Positions 44,501 through 54,590 of a stretch of DNA of 64,000 bases are shown in pieces. Each line of letters begins with the position of its first letter. The first letter of the stretch is position 1. The translations under genes were made by a program, and so were the position numbers. The stretch lies in contig CM000433.1 of NCBI GenBank assembly GCA_000165345.1, forward strand, positions 704,001-768,000. Reading direction: 5' to 3'. The notes below the pieces were generated by a model. That model ran no database searches and was not told where the DNA came from. It was given only the letters and a program-made list of their open reading frames with translations.

Positions 44501-45296
44501 TTTCTCCAGAATAGGGAGGTTGGAATATTATCATTCTCCAAAATATTTGATGTCAAATTCTAAGCTTCTTGGTGAGGTATTGAAACAATATCGACAAATT
44601 AGTCATGAAATTAATCTATATCAAAAAAAATCGCAAAAAATATTTATTACTCAAGAAAAGACTTTAAATAATGCTTACAAATTAATCAGAATTGCAATTC
44701 CTGCATCATATATGATTAGTAAATATAACAAATTCCCTAAAGAATATCAAAGATTTACATTTAAAACAGGAAAATTAGATATTATTGGAGATGAACCAAA
44801 GCATATTAATATAAGAGGATGGGATTTAAAAAAAGGAAAAAAAAGTTTAGCTTTGGAAAATGAGTTAATAATTGAAAGAAAATATATAAAAAATGATCAA
44901 GAATTTTATGAAATAAAGAAACAAGTTGAAAAACAATTAAAAGAATACTCACTGCTTCCTGATCAAAAGATTAAAGATAAAATTGATACAAAAACTTTAA
45001 TTTTTTTTATTCCAGATGATTTAGTTGACCAAATGATATTTGAAATTGAAAGAAATCAAATAGCTTTAAGACAAGGTTATAATTCAAAACTTGATAAAGC
45101 TTCTATACAAACTTTAATGAATAACTATGTACATGAATTATTAAAGAGAAGAAAATCTCTATATAGTCAGCTTTCTTCAAAACCATTTATTACAAAACAA
45201 GCACAATGTTCAATTAAAGATGATAAAGAGATGGAAAATATTATTTCTTCTATTGAAGAAAAGAAAGAAAGAGAAAAATCCAACTCAATTCTCTAG
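41520..45296 (+). CDS. Secreted 1258-aa Lys/Glu/Asn-rich coiled-coil protein (hypothetical)
   Basis: ATG ORF with a classic signal peptide, MFSLVLKLFVLLLMHTLVSC|EKFEE. The rest is heptad-like charged low-complexity sequence with no enzymatic motif. Confidence 0.8.
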   Translation: MFSLVLKLFVLLLMHTLVSCEKFEELIKPLKKQVFEQVEFPNTIWESLTIEEEKEYKEIYDNIILEKQVEYNIIIREFEESLANYKVEQGELDTILRSLSNSIDKLGGLNKENQIQEILGGKGIVEFSKLNRNLEFGKDLLEKELLINKNSIENSGNEIFTNLRQPVDNLVQKVTNISSNTEKYLKALQLLNVYRERSHEIYNLEQLISKNTVSIGLLVSGWTYILSEIETLIKDQLQPLIDVKNEKLTSGHDMLKKLELINSIIDSTILIKYGKLENEKIDEKGGNESLIKEIKIKNLDMEKISITDQLIKWRLELIPSILNIFQSPLSKLLIEINKYMMDANLLDGFDQINERIQETNEAHNELNQIKSKIDSIWFSLKYLSKDDVLVKKNEKIKSVTDYDDVYDENNQKISLLFNHLIEEKNQIESLSRNSTFSENHQIFLALNTLKCLSEYYQISKENDLNVLFTYSKINQECVGFFLNKINSYNIEENKEFISIGQIKDPATRFENIIFHYISIIFPNSEEKDENSFNNYPISELMQELELSYSHIDVNETESFDLRKNNRLNNINEKMVKYNDYIFDFKKNLEGIKKTTSLESFEILRHYLSDLTKIFEDHVKESIGNKDDASILFDQLLKEFTVMLEELSEKELNNDHLKVSISKRFEDIQFLFNDFIARINLEFQRSNRLNSKEFVDNTQTSLEEIDVEIRIFNEELAQVNEFMYKKHLNNILSLSTYVYTSKLLLNPVTNLKDENKLTGEYFPDQFTDLFREKYRYILNYLGYYYKIYQDFKEKKKIILDRENQINNKLSNIESELMKRSNITTINSSIMHKIQRQRKIAEKILAGYLMLTITLYHSRSEDIKNTITALNHSISNFDHQISVFQKQNKLDGKIGFKSVIKNILRSRKYLKLRKYYKRMKKFQSYLSHKKQQISEFLKFSESTLNSLNQELIKIVDQYLCRKKGVENDLEYFYNERNDNNENIEPIQIIMGDLYNIFSRIGRLEYYHSPKYLMSNSKLLGEVLKQYRQISHEINLYQKKSQKIFITQEKTLNNAYKLIRIAIPASYMISKYNKFPKEYQRFTFKTGKLDIIGDEPKHINIRGWDLKKGKKSLALENELIIERKYIKNDQEFYEIKKQVEKQLKEYSLLPDQKIKDKIDTKTLIFFIPDDLVDQMIFEIERNQIALRQGYNSKLDKASIQTLMNNYVHELLKRRKSLYSQLSSKPFITKQAQCSIKDDKEMENIISSIEEKKEREKSNSIL

Positions 45297-46125
45297 TTTA
45301 ATGGTCTAACTTTTTTTCAAATAAAAATTATATATTTATATAAAGTGTTACGATAATTAACAGTAATAGTACAGTACTTGAATAAATAGTGGATATGAAA
45401 GAAGTTTAATCAAAAACTAATTTGAATTTTTATAATATTAAAATACAAGTCAATTCTATCAATAAAAATTCATCAAAAATAGTATTTAAGATAAATCTAT
45501 TGCACACACACAAACACACGCAAAAAAGTGGGATTTAAAAGAAGTTTTTGAGACAAAAAGTCCAGTGTAATCTCTAAGATCAATAATATAAGTAATATAT
45601 TTATATATTTTGTAAGTATTGGGAAAAATAATAAGATATAAAAAGTTATTTATTCTATTACTTCAACTAAGATAATAATCATAATAATAACAGTAATATC
45701 AATACTTAATTTCCGTTTATATTAAGAAAAATTTACTCAATTAAGCCATAAATAATGAGTTTCTAATGGAGAGAGAGGGGGGGCATAAATTAATGTAATA
45801 TCAGAAGTGGCGCGCAAGTTGTGATCTAATAGAAAATAAATTCCCCTCTGAAACATTTATTTTGTTATTGGGTAAAATAAAAGTAATAATTGTACAGGGT
45901 TTGATAAATTAGCAGAGGAAAGAGTTGGATTTATTTTTCAAAAAAATACAAGTAGTTTTTTTTTGGTATAAACGATTATAGTGTAGTTAAAAACGACACT
46001 ATAGAAATTAATTACAAAGATAAAGTTGCCCCCAACCAATTACACTAACTGTAAAAAGAAAATTGAATTAATTCCAAAAAAAAATTTAGGAAATAAGAAA
46101 TAATAAGTGGGGAAGGGAAAAAAAA

Positions 46126-47058
46126 ATGTTAAAGGTTTCTCAGCTAAGAAATAATAAAGGTGGAGTTATGAGTTTGGGAGGAGAGACAGAACAACAGAGA
46201 TTTGATTCAACAAATATTATGGAAGAAAGTAAAAAGAATTCTTCTAGAGTCATAGTAAACTCTGGTTCAGCTGTAGGAATCAAGTATAAAGATGGCATTA
46301 TGCTAATTTCAAGCCCTTTATTATGTTATGGATCAATGAAGATGAATTCTGATATTTCAAGGTTCCATGTAATTGGATCAGGAATGATTGATTTATATGA
46401 TGAAAGACAAAAACTTAAAAGCAAAGATGAGGATATGAGTTCCGTTAATACTGATAAAAGACCATTGGTCAGAAAATTGACAGAAGTAGATGAAGATGCA
46501 AAAGTAAGATTTTATGAAGGAAAGCTTTCAGTAATAGTATCAACTGGGGAATTTAGTGATTTTCAAAACATTATTGAAAGAGTTGAAGAAAAAGCAGCTG
46601 AGGACTTTTTTGAAGGAAATTTCAAATCTGCCAAGGAGTATAGTGGATATATTTCAGCAGTTCATTATCAAAGAAGAAATAAGATGGATCCTTTATTGAA
46701 TGATATAATAGTTGCAGGACTGCGAAAAGATGGAAGTAAAGAAATTTATTCAGTGGATCCATTAGGTACTAGATTTGATGAAGACTTTATTGCTAGTGGA
46801 ATGGCTGAGTATCTTGCAATTACATTACTTAGAGATAAATATAAGCCAGATATGAGCTTTGATGAAGCAAAATTGATCTTGGAAGATTGCATGAAAAACT
46901 CATTTTATATTGAATGCAAAGGAGCTAGAATGGTTCAGATTGCCACAATTAATCAAGATGGTACCAGAATTTACCCAAAGTATCCTCTTGATGTTACTTG
47001 GAGGCATGATCTTTTTGTCAAATCTAACTTGGATAGAAAAGACTATGTTGGATTTTAA
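46126..47058 (+). CDS. Proteasome beta-type subunit (beta4/PSMB2-like, non-catalytic) with an N-terminal extension and an internal insertion
   Basis: GSAVGIKYKDGIMLISS (beta-subunit N-terminal strand) ... KLSVIVSTGEFSDFQNIIERVEE ... PLLNDIIVAGLRKDGSKEIYSVDPLGTRFDEDFIASGMAEYLAITLLRDKYKPDMSFDEAKLILEDCMKNSFYIE aligns with PSMB2. The true start may be an internal Met (M15 or M32). Confidence 0.7.
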   Translation: MLKVSQLRNNKGGVMSLGGETEQQRFDSTNIMEESKKNSSRVIVNSGSAVGIKYKDGIMLISSPLLCYGSMKMNSDISRFHVIGSGMIDLYDERQKLKSKDEDMSSVNTDKRPLVRKLTEVDEDAKVRFYEGKLSVIVSTGEFSDFQNIIERVEEKAAEDFFEGNFKSAKEYSGYISAVHYQRRNKMDPLLNDIIVAGLRKDGSKEIYSVDPLGTRFDEDFIASGMAEYLAITLLRDKYKPDMSFDEAKLILEDCMKNSFYIECKGARMVQIATINQDGTRIYPKYPLDVTWRHDLFVKSNLDRKDYVGF

Positions 47059-47511
47059 GATGTAAGCCAAAGATCAAATGAATACTTCAAGTTAATGTGA
47101 ATGCCATGTTTCCTTATTTTCTATAATATAAATGTATGTATACATATTACATATTCAGTCATTATTTTACAGAAAAGAGAATATATCATGTACCACTAAT
47201 TGGCAGATAGAGGTTTTCTAGCTGTCGCCAATTCTACTACTTTGAATTTTAAAGATGATAATTCATTCTCTCATCCTAGTAAACACAGACAACTATATAT
47301 ATAGTCATTGGAAATGGGAGAGAGTATGGATGGATTAGATGGATAGATAAGAGAAAAAAGAAAGGTGGAAGAGAGAGATTCCTTTGATACTTTAGATTAA
47401 ATAGCATAGGATTAAACTTTTACTTTACACTAGGAAAGTATTCCTTTTACAAAATTAAAATGCTTGAAAGTTTGTACATTTTCTTTCTACTTGTTTCTAC
47501 TTCGTATGAAA

Positions 47512-48177
47512 TCAACTTAAATTTGATTCCACAAAGTCCCAGTTGATAATACTGAAGAATTGATCGACATAAGAACCTCTGTTGTTCCTATAATCTATGT
47601 AATAAGCATGTTCCCATACATCACAGGTTAGAACTGGTTTTCCAAGTCCGAGCTTCTCAGGATTGTCACCATCATGAGTTTGGACAATTTTAAGTTTTTG
47701 ATTGTTAATTGGGTCAATAACTACCCAAATCCAACCTGATCCAAAATGACCAGTTGCATTAGCGGTAAATGACTCCTTGAATGACTCAAAACTTCCAAAG
47801 GACTCTTCAATTAACTTTGAAACCTTTGAAGTTGGCTTATTAGTTTCTGATGGAGACCTTAAACAGCTCCAGTAGAATGTATGATTCCAAATCTGGGATG
47901 CATTGTTGTAGATTGGGCCAGAACTCTTCATTATTACTTTCATTAAGTCTGTTTCATTTTCAAATTCTGTAGATTTTATTAATGAATTCAACTTTGTAAC
48001 ATATCCTGCATGATGCTTGCCATAATGATAGTCTAATGTCTCAGGTGAAATAACAGGCTCTAGAGCCTTCTTGTCATATGGAAGAGGTGGCAATTCAAAC
48101 GGCATCCCTGAGAATAATCTACAAAATTTGTTAACTAACTTTTTAGAGTTATTATTAAATATAAATCTGATTGACAT
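47512..48177 (-). CDS. Iron superoxide dismutase (Fe-SOD), 221 aa
   Basis: [39 protein letters not shown] (Fe-type), [13 protein letters not shown]. Verified ATG. A 24-aa N-terminal extension [24 protein letters not shown] precedes the conserved MPFELP start. Confidence 0.9.
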
Positions 48178-48981
48178 CTACGCCATGTGCGTTCGAAACT
48201 TGTTGGGGGGCGCACATTCTCGAAACAGAGGGGGCTTATGAATAGTCTCACCATTGAATTTTTTTTTTCTTTCAGATGTCTCCGAGAATTCCCGGCTAAT
48301 TCTAATTCAATTAAGTTAAGTTCAAATAAATTTGAGAACTTTAACTTCAATTATCACTGAATTTGAAAGCTTTTTTTTCACTCTAATCAAGAACACAACT
48401 ACCGATATAATTTATTACCGCTGGGGCTGATTTTCTCCTATTTTTAAAAACAGAAATACAAATTAAATTTGGGATTTCCGACGCTGAAAGTTCTATTTAT
48501 TTATTGAAATCTTAATTTTCTACATGAAAAAGACTACACACTTTACTGGGGAGAATATTATTATCCTAAATCTTGAAAATTTTGCTACTTTGTTATTTTT
48601 TTCAACTTCATTTTTCCTTTTGATTCCATTATTTGAATACTTATTTCTTTACTTTAATCACTAATTTCCAAATAAACTCTGACAATTACATTACACTTCA
48701 CTTTATTGTTGGCTGCTTTGCCTCAAATAATAAGATTCATCCATTATTTGATTTAATATCCATTTCTAGAAATATCTCATATTCTCAATACAACTCTGAT
48801 AACACCATTTTTTTTTTTTTTTACTTCTTTTCATTTTCTCATTCCTTCCCTCAGTAATATCATATTCTTTCTCTTAATTCAAACAAACTTATTTGTTTTT
48901 TAGAACAAATGTTATTTTTTCACACTTGATCATAATTTTCTTTCTTATTTACTATTCACATGTATGGTGCTAGTATCGACA

Positions 48982-49054
48982 GCCCCCTTAGCTTAGTTGG
49001 TAGAGCATTCGCTTAGTAAGCGAAAGGTCCCGGGTTCGATTCCCGTAGGTGGCT
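48982..49054 (+). tRNA. tRNA-Thr: tRNA-Thr (anticodon AGT)
   Basis: GCCCCCTTAGCTTAGTTGGTAGAGCATTCGCTTAGTAAGCGAAAGGTCCCGGGTTCGATTCCCGTAGGTGGCT. D arm GCTTAGTTGGTAGAGC; anticodon stem TTCGC/GCGAA with loop TTAGTAA (AGT); T loop TTCGATT. One mismatch in the acceptor stem and one in the T stem by my fold. T5 run 3 nt downstream. Confidence 0.8.
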
Positions 49055-49108
49055 CTCTTTTTACTGCGCACAAAAAAACATTTTTATTTCATGTTATTGA
49101 ATATGAAG

Positions 49109-50137
49109 TTAGAAATACAATTTATTTTGAATATGAATGTTACCATTTACATGATCATTATGATTGATTTCATTATTAAAACTATCTTCATCATCAAGTT
49201 CTGCGTGATCAGTATTATTATCTACATCTGTTTCTGCATCAGTTTCCATTTCTACTCCTTCAGCTTGTTCATTGAATATTGGAGGAATTTTATAGCATTC
49301 AGAATTGAAAATTTCCTGGGAACTAATATTATCGTTCTTAACACTTTTTTCAATACGTTTCTTTTCCATTCTCAAAAGGTCTAAATTTAAATAATAGAAT
49401 TGATGTAATATTTCAATGCACCATAAAAATTTATTCCTTGTATGAATCCCTGATATCGGGTCAAAAAAGTTATTATTTGTGACAATTCTACCATTAATCT
49501 GATTATTTTCTGAATCAAAAGTATCAGTACTTGAATATGTTGTACTAGTACTAGTAGTTGTCATACCACTAGTTTTTATTTGTTGATTAAATGAATTATT
49601 AATGTCAAAACCATTATTTAGTCCAAAATCTATTCCTAAATCCATTCCAAAAATATTATTATTATTGTAATTATATGATTCTCCAGTATTATATGTCTTA
49701 AATGATTTTTCTTCTGTTTTACATAAATAATGACTATTCGGAATTTTGTTGATTGCCAAGAAAGTTTTATCTACATATTCATGAAATATTTGTGGAGTTT
49801 TAAATAATGCATATTGGCTCATTAATTCTTCTGGATCTTTAAATTTATCGCTTGAATCATTTAAGAAATTATAATTAATCCAAAAATCATCTTTAATATA
49901 GCTTTTTATTTGTTTTTCAAATTGTTCTTTATGCTTTCCTTTATAATTAATAGCAAGTATATGTATCATAAATCTACATTTTTTACTTTTGAGTATTATT
50001 TCTGGTATTAATGAAGTTTCATTATCCAAATTATTGTTGTTATGTTTGTATTTGAGTAGGAAAATATATTTGGGTTTAATTGGAGGTATCATTTTTTCAC
50101 CTCGAGGATAGCTTAAGTAATATTTATACCATAACAA
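49109..50137 (-). CDS. GT8 glycosyltransferase gene, exon 3 (Asn-rich C-terminal extension, stop at 49109-49111)
   Basis: Acceptor acaaAG at plus 50139-50138; intron 50138..50210 (73 nt). Exon starts TTGTTATGG in frame (LLWYKYYLSYPRGEK...). The listed ORF 49109..50137 begins at this TTG. Confidence 0.55.
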   Translation of the reverse strand: MLWYKYYLSYPRGEKMIPPIKPKYIFLLKYKHNNNNLDNETSLIPEIILKSKKCRFMIHILAINYKGKHKEQFEKQIKSYIKDDFWINYNFLNDSSDKFKDPEELMSQYALFKTPQIFHEYVDKTFLAINKIPNSHYLCKTEEKSFKTYNTGESYNYNNNNIFGMDLGIDFGLNNGFDINNSFNQQIKTSGMTTTSTSTTYSSTDTFDSENNQINGRIVTNNNFFDPISGIHTRNKFLWCIEILHQFYYLNLDLLRMEKKRIEKSVKNDNISSQEIFNSECYKIPPIFNEQAEGVEMETDAETDVDNNTDHAELDDEDSFNNEINHNDHVNGNIHIQNKLYF

Positions 50138-50210
50138 CTTTGTAAAAAAAAGGAAATGTAATTTATATTAATTATATTTAAAAAAAAATATTAAAGAATT
50201 TAAAACTTAC

Positions 50211-50610
50211 CTGTTCCTCATATGGTTGATAATTAATTTTCCAGGGTTTATCAGGACCAGCAAAATGTACAATTTTGTGTCTCATAGTATCTTTCCAATC
50301 ATCTCTTCCTGCCCAAAAATTATAGTCCATTGGCAATTCATCATAAGTACCATTACAATAAATATTTAAAGCGATCTGATCATTAATTCCCCATTTCTGA
50401 ACCAATGATAATGTATTATTCACAAAATTATTTTCTCTCAACTTTTTTAAACTCAATAACAGTACTCCAGCATTAAATGATCTACTTGCTTTGTATTGAA
50501 GGTGATCTATTAGCTCATCTTTTTTTAACCAGTCATTAATAATGTTTGAATTAGTCGAAGATCTTGCTACTATACCACACTCACTCTTTATTTCTGTCTT
50601 GAATAGTTGC
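50211..50610 (-). CDS. GT8 glycosyltransferase gene, exon 2
   Basis: Acceptor ttttAG at plus 50612-50611; intron 50611..50754 (144 nt). Joins in frame: ...NHSLR|QLFKTEIKSECG...SFNAGVLLLSLKKLRE...INDQIALNIY...WAGRDDW...IVHFAGPDKPW...YEEQ. The exon ends GAACAG|GTAAGTTTT. The listed ORF 50178..50456 is this exon with a TTG artefact start. Confidence 0.6.
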
Positions 50611-50754
50611 CTAAAATATTTTGATTTATTAAAAAAAACAAAAATATATATTAGTTAATTCAATTTTGTTAATATAATTTTTTTAAAATTAATCCTCTCA
50701 AGTTATACATTTAAGTATAGAGAAAACCACATTCTATTTTTATTAGAAACTTAC

Positions 50755-51266
50755 CTTAATGAATGGTTTACGATTGCATCAGTATCCACATATAAAATCT
50801 TATCAATTCTTTTGTCTATCATTTCTGGTAATAAAAGTCTGCACATTGTTGCCTCAGAAACATGCTTTAAAGTCTGTTTGTACTTGATTTTATATGTAAA
50901 AGGATAAAATATTAAAGTTAATTTTTCAGAAAACCCAAGTTCATCATTCAACTTTGACAGCATAGAATAATCACTTGGTGTTACATCCGGCATTGCTATT
51001 ATATGTACATTTGCATATTCTCCCAGACCTAAATTACTATAGATTGAATTGAGCAATGTTGGAAATAATGGAAAAACTTGTTTATCTGATGAAAAAGTTA
51101 TTTCATATTTTACTCTCAAAGAGTCATTCATTGACTTGAATATTGAACTATTTTTTCTGTGAAATATTTTAACACTCGAAATTCCCATTATAAAAGGTAC
51201 TGTAATACATATTATTGCTGAAAATATCACTATTACCAGTGATATTTTCTGCTTCAATGTTGCCAT
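50755..51266 (-). CDS. GT8 glycosyltransferase gene, exon 1 (signal-anchor plus DxD region)
   Basis: ATG at 51264-51266. MATLKQKISLVIVIFSAIICITVPFIMGISS (type II anchor) ... ILYVDTDAIVNHSL. The exon ends TTAAG|GTAAGTTTC with a perfect donor. Confidence 0.6.
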
Positions 51267-51916
51267 TTTTTATTTATTCTTCTTTTTCTTCTTCTAATTC
51301 TTCTGTTATAAAAGCTTGTTGTTCTCTTAGGCTACTACTAATACTACTACTAACTCTAATATCACTACTAAAACTACTAATTTTTGACCTTTAAATTATT
51401 TTTGTCCACATTACTATTATTAATCAAATATTACTTGATAAATAAGCTTGATTTTTTTTTAAATTGGAAGTTGAAATTATTATCCTTCAAATTTCAATAA
51501 TTTTTTTCTTCTTAGATTTAAACTTCTTTTTTATTAAAATATCTCAATTTAATTTATTCTCAAGTCTTGTGTGGATATCAAATAATTAAAGTTTAATACT
51601 TGGATTGCTCAGTTCTTCAATTATCTCTTGACTATTTAATTTTAAAGTTACTTATTGTATTATTTTTAAAAATATTATTATTTTTAAAAATAATAATATT
51701 TTTAAAATTCTTAGTAATTTTTTTTTTGCTGTCAAACAAAAACAGCTTTTGCATGCACCTGCCCTCATGCAAACATTTTTTTTAATTACACTTACGTGTC
51801 TTTTTTAATGGACACCGGTATTATGCATTGTGGCAGGAAAAAAAATAAAATAAAAATTAATAATAAAACTAATATATGAATATTTTGTAAATATTTTTTT
51901 TTATTTAAGAAAAAAT

Positions 51917-52000
51917 ATGGAAAAATCAGAAAAAGAAGATTCTACCATTAAAGAAGTTCAAACTATTTTGAAGACAGCAGTGACGCAAATAATGAATAAT
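51917..52000 (+). CDS. Small TIM (Tim9/Tim10-family) gene, exon 1 (28 codons)
   Basis: ATG at 51917: MEKSEKEDSTIKEVQTILKTAVTQIMNN, followed immediately by GTAAGTCT (perfect donor, 52001). Not in the ORF track. Confidence 0.5.
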
Positions 52001-52420
52001 GTAAGTCTTAACATAATTAATAACAACAATTACAGCGTAATGCGCAAATATATACATTATAATATTAAATTGATTTAAAATGAAATCTTCTCAAAATTTT
52101 AATTAGTCATCTAATGTTAAATAATGCAATATATTGGTAAATATTGAATAAGAAAGCATAAAAATAAAGAAAAAAAATCTCTTGAATATTTTTTTTTTCT
52201 TGATATATCTCTCTTTTTCAATAACAGTGATCACATGTAAAATATATTCACATATATATATATATCAAGTGATTTAAATTCCAAATATTTGAAATAAATG
52301 AACGTATTTTTAATAAAACTAACCAAAAAAATTTATTTGTTAGCAAGAAACACTGCATTGTTGTTATTTACCAATTTGTATTTACATCAAATGTTCACTT
52401 TTTATTTGAATTACTCTTAG

Positions 52421-52609
52421 GAAGTAAGAAAAGTCTGTTTTGAACAATGCTTTCAAAGCAAGAAATCGCACTCCCCTTTAAATATATTTGACCATCAATG
52501 TCTTTCTAGATGTATGGATAAGATGTTTCATGCACATTCAATTGTGGAGCAAGCTACTACTGAAAAAGTTAAAGATTTAGGTAGTTCTGAACATATTCAG
52601 AATATTTGA
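52421..52609 (+). CDS. Small TIM gene, exon 2 (twin CX3C core, stop TGA 52607-52609)
   Basis: Acceptor ttactcttAG|GAAG at 52419-52420, with an in-frame TAG right at the acceptor. EVRKVCFEQCFQSKKSHSPLNIFDHQCLSRCMDKMFHAHSIVEQATTEKVKDLGSSEHIQNI. C-x3-C ... C-x3-C spacing as in Tim9/Tim10. The joined protein is 90 aa. The implied intron of 420 nt is long for this genome. Confidence 0.5.
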   Translation, partial: EVRKVCFEQCFQSKKSHSPLNIFDHQCLSRCMDKMFHAHSIVEQATTEKVKDLGSSEHIQNI

Positions 52610-52873
52610 AAAACTTTATAGGTTTTGAAATTATTTATATATTATTTTCTTTCACAATTCTCTTTGTCAATGCAACACACTGACATTTTCTTCGCTTAGT
52701 CATTTAATCCCAACATTTATTATTATTGGTAATGCCAATGCAAAACTGACAGATTTTAAGTTTTATTTTAAGAATCACTGCTTGATATAATACAACCAGA
52801 TGGTATTCATCCCAGCTAATTGCATTATAAAAATGAATATTACGATTAAATATATTCATTTGAAGCTTTAAAC

Positions 52874-53482
52874 TTATATCCCATCTCTAGGTAAGGCCCT
52901 CTTACACTCAACCCACTTCCCTTTAAGATAGTGATTACTATAAAATTTGGTAACGTTGTTTACTGCATCAACACTCTCAAATGTTACAAATCCGAAACCT
53001 CTAGGACGTCCATTATTTTTGTCAGTAATGAGTACTGCATCCTTAATATTTCCAAATCTTTGAAAATATATTTTAAATTCTTCTAAAGTGAGATCAGGAA
53101 GCCCACCAACAAAAATTTTACTAACATTCTTAATTCCCTTTGTAACAGCATTGTTATAATTTTCTGGTGTATTTTCATTTTTTGTTATGTCTTCAAAATA
53201 CTCTTTGATCATCAAATTGGTATTTCTAGGTGAAGCTCTTTTGCAGTCCACAACTTTGCCCATTATTATATGTGGGGTAATATTCTGAACAATCTCAACA
53301 GTTTTTGGATCCTTAAAAGTCACGAATCCAAAACCCCTGCTTCTCCCACTTACATTGTCATACATTACTACAGCGTCCAATATTACACCAAATTGCAAAA
53401 AGTATTCCATCAAAATTGATGAAGTTACTTGCTGAGAAAGTCCACCAACAAATATTTTTCCCGACTCTAAATTCATTGTCAT
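52874..53482 (-). CDS. RNA-binding protein with two RRM domains (hnRNP A/B / Musashi-like), 202 aa
   Basis: Verified ATG. KIFVGGLSQQVTSSILMEYFLQFGVILDAVVMYDNVSGRSRGFGFVTF and KIFVGGLPDLTLEEFKIYFQRFGNIKDAVLITDKNNGRPRGFGFVTF (RNP2/RNP1 twice). Confidence 0.85.
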   Translation of the reverse strand: MTMNLESGKIFVGGLSQQVTSSILMEYFLQFGVILDAVVMYDNVSGRSRGFGFVTFKDPKTVEIVQNITPHIIMGKVVDCKRASPRNTNLMIKEYFEDITKNENTPENYNNAVTKGIKNVSKIFVGGLPDLTLEEFKIYFQRFGNIKDAVLITDKNNGRPRGFGFVTFESVDAVNNVTKFYSNHYLKGKWVECKRALPRDGI

Positions 53483-54590
53483 TTATTTATAGCTTTTCCA
53501 AAATTGAACTTATTCATGTATTTTGTATTTATATATGTTTAGAATAAAAAAAAAGAATTCAAAAAGAATTTACACAAATTTATTGTAAATCTTGTATTTT
53601 TATTCTATTTTTGTGTACATTAATTTCAGCACCCGGAAGTGAATATATAATCTGCTTAATGTTGTTGAGTTGTTGAAAGTTTGATTAAATCTCTATTACT
53701 AAATTCATTATAAATAAGAAATAATAGTAATTTCTCTTACTGTATTCTTATTCTTTTCTGATATTAATTTTTTAGATTATTTTACTATTATAAAGCTATA
53801 GAGTCCATAAATTTATTTCTAATATTAATAATATATTCTTCTTTCTTATCAATCTAGAAAGTTTCAAAAGAAAAAAAAAGAAAATAAAAGGTGTTTGAGA
53901 AAATAAAATAAGCAAAATTACTTGTTTGCATGTTGCCGCCTCTTCTCAATGGCCATATTGCATGCAATAGAATTTATAAATTTATAATTAATTTTTTTAT
54001 ATCCTCGGAATTTAGTAGAAAACGTGCATAAAACAAAAGTCAATTCAAAATTCTTTTTCCATGCCTCTTATTTCCTTAGAAATTTATTTATTATGAATAT
54101 TAATCAATTTGACTATTTTGATCTTTTTATTAGAGACTTTTATTATATACTTTATTATTTAGTAATTTACGTGGCGGATAATCTATTTATATAATTCAAC
54201 TATATTAATTAAATAAATACTTTAGTTGTTCAATTAGATTAATATTATTGCAATAGGAATAACCGGATAAAATTCATTCATGAAATTTTAGAAATTATAA
54301 GTTGAATATAACGAGTTATAATGCATACAAATATAATAAAATGAATAATAGCTCTTTAAATACAAATGTCAAAGAAACTATTTTAAATTAACTGACATAT
54401 TTCTCATATCTGTATAATTAATATATTGATTTTAGTTACTTTCTCTTTATTTAACTGTTAATATTATGTAAACAAAAATAGTTAATTAGCGCTAAGCATA
54501 ATATTAAGCGGAATTTTTACTAATTTAATTATTGAAATATTTGACATTAAAGCTAAATTTCAGTTTTAAAAATGCTTAAATAACAATACA

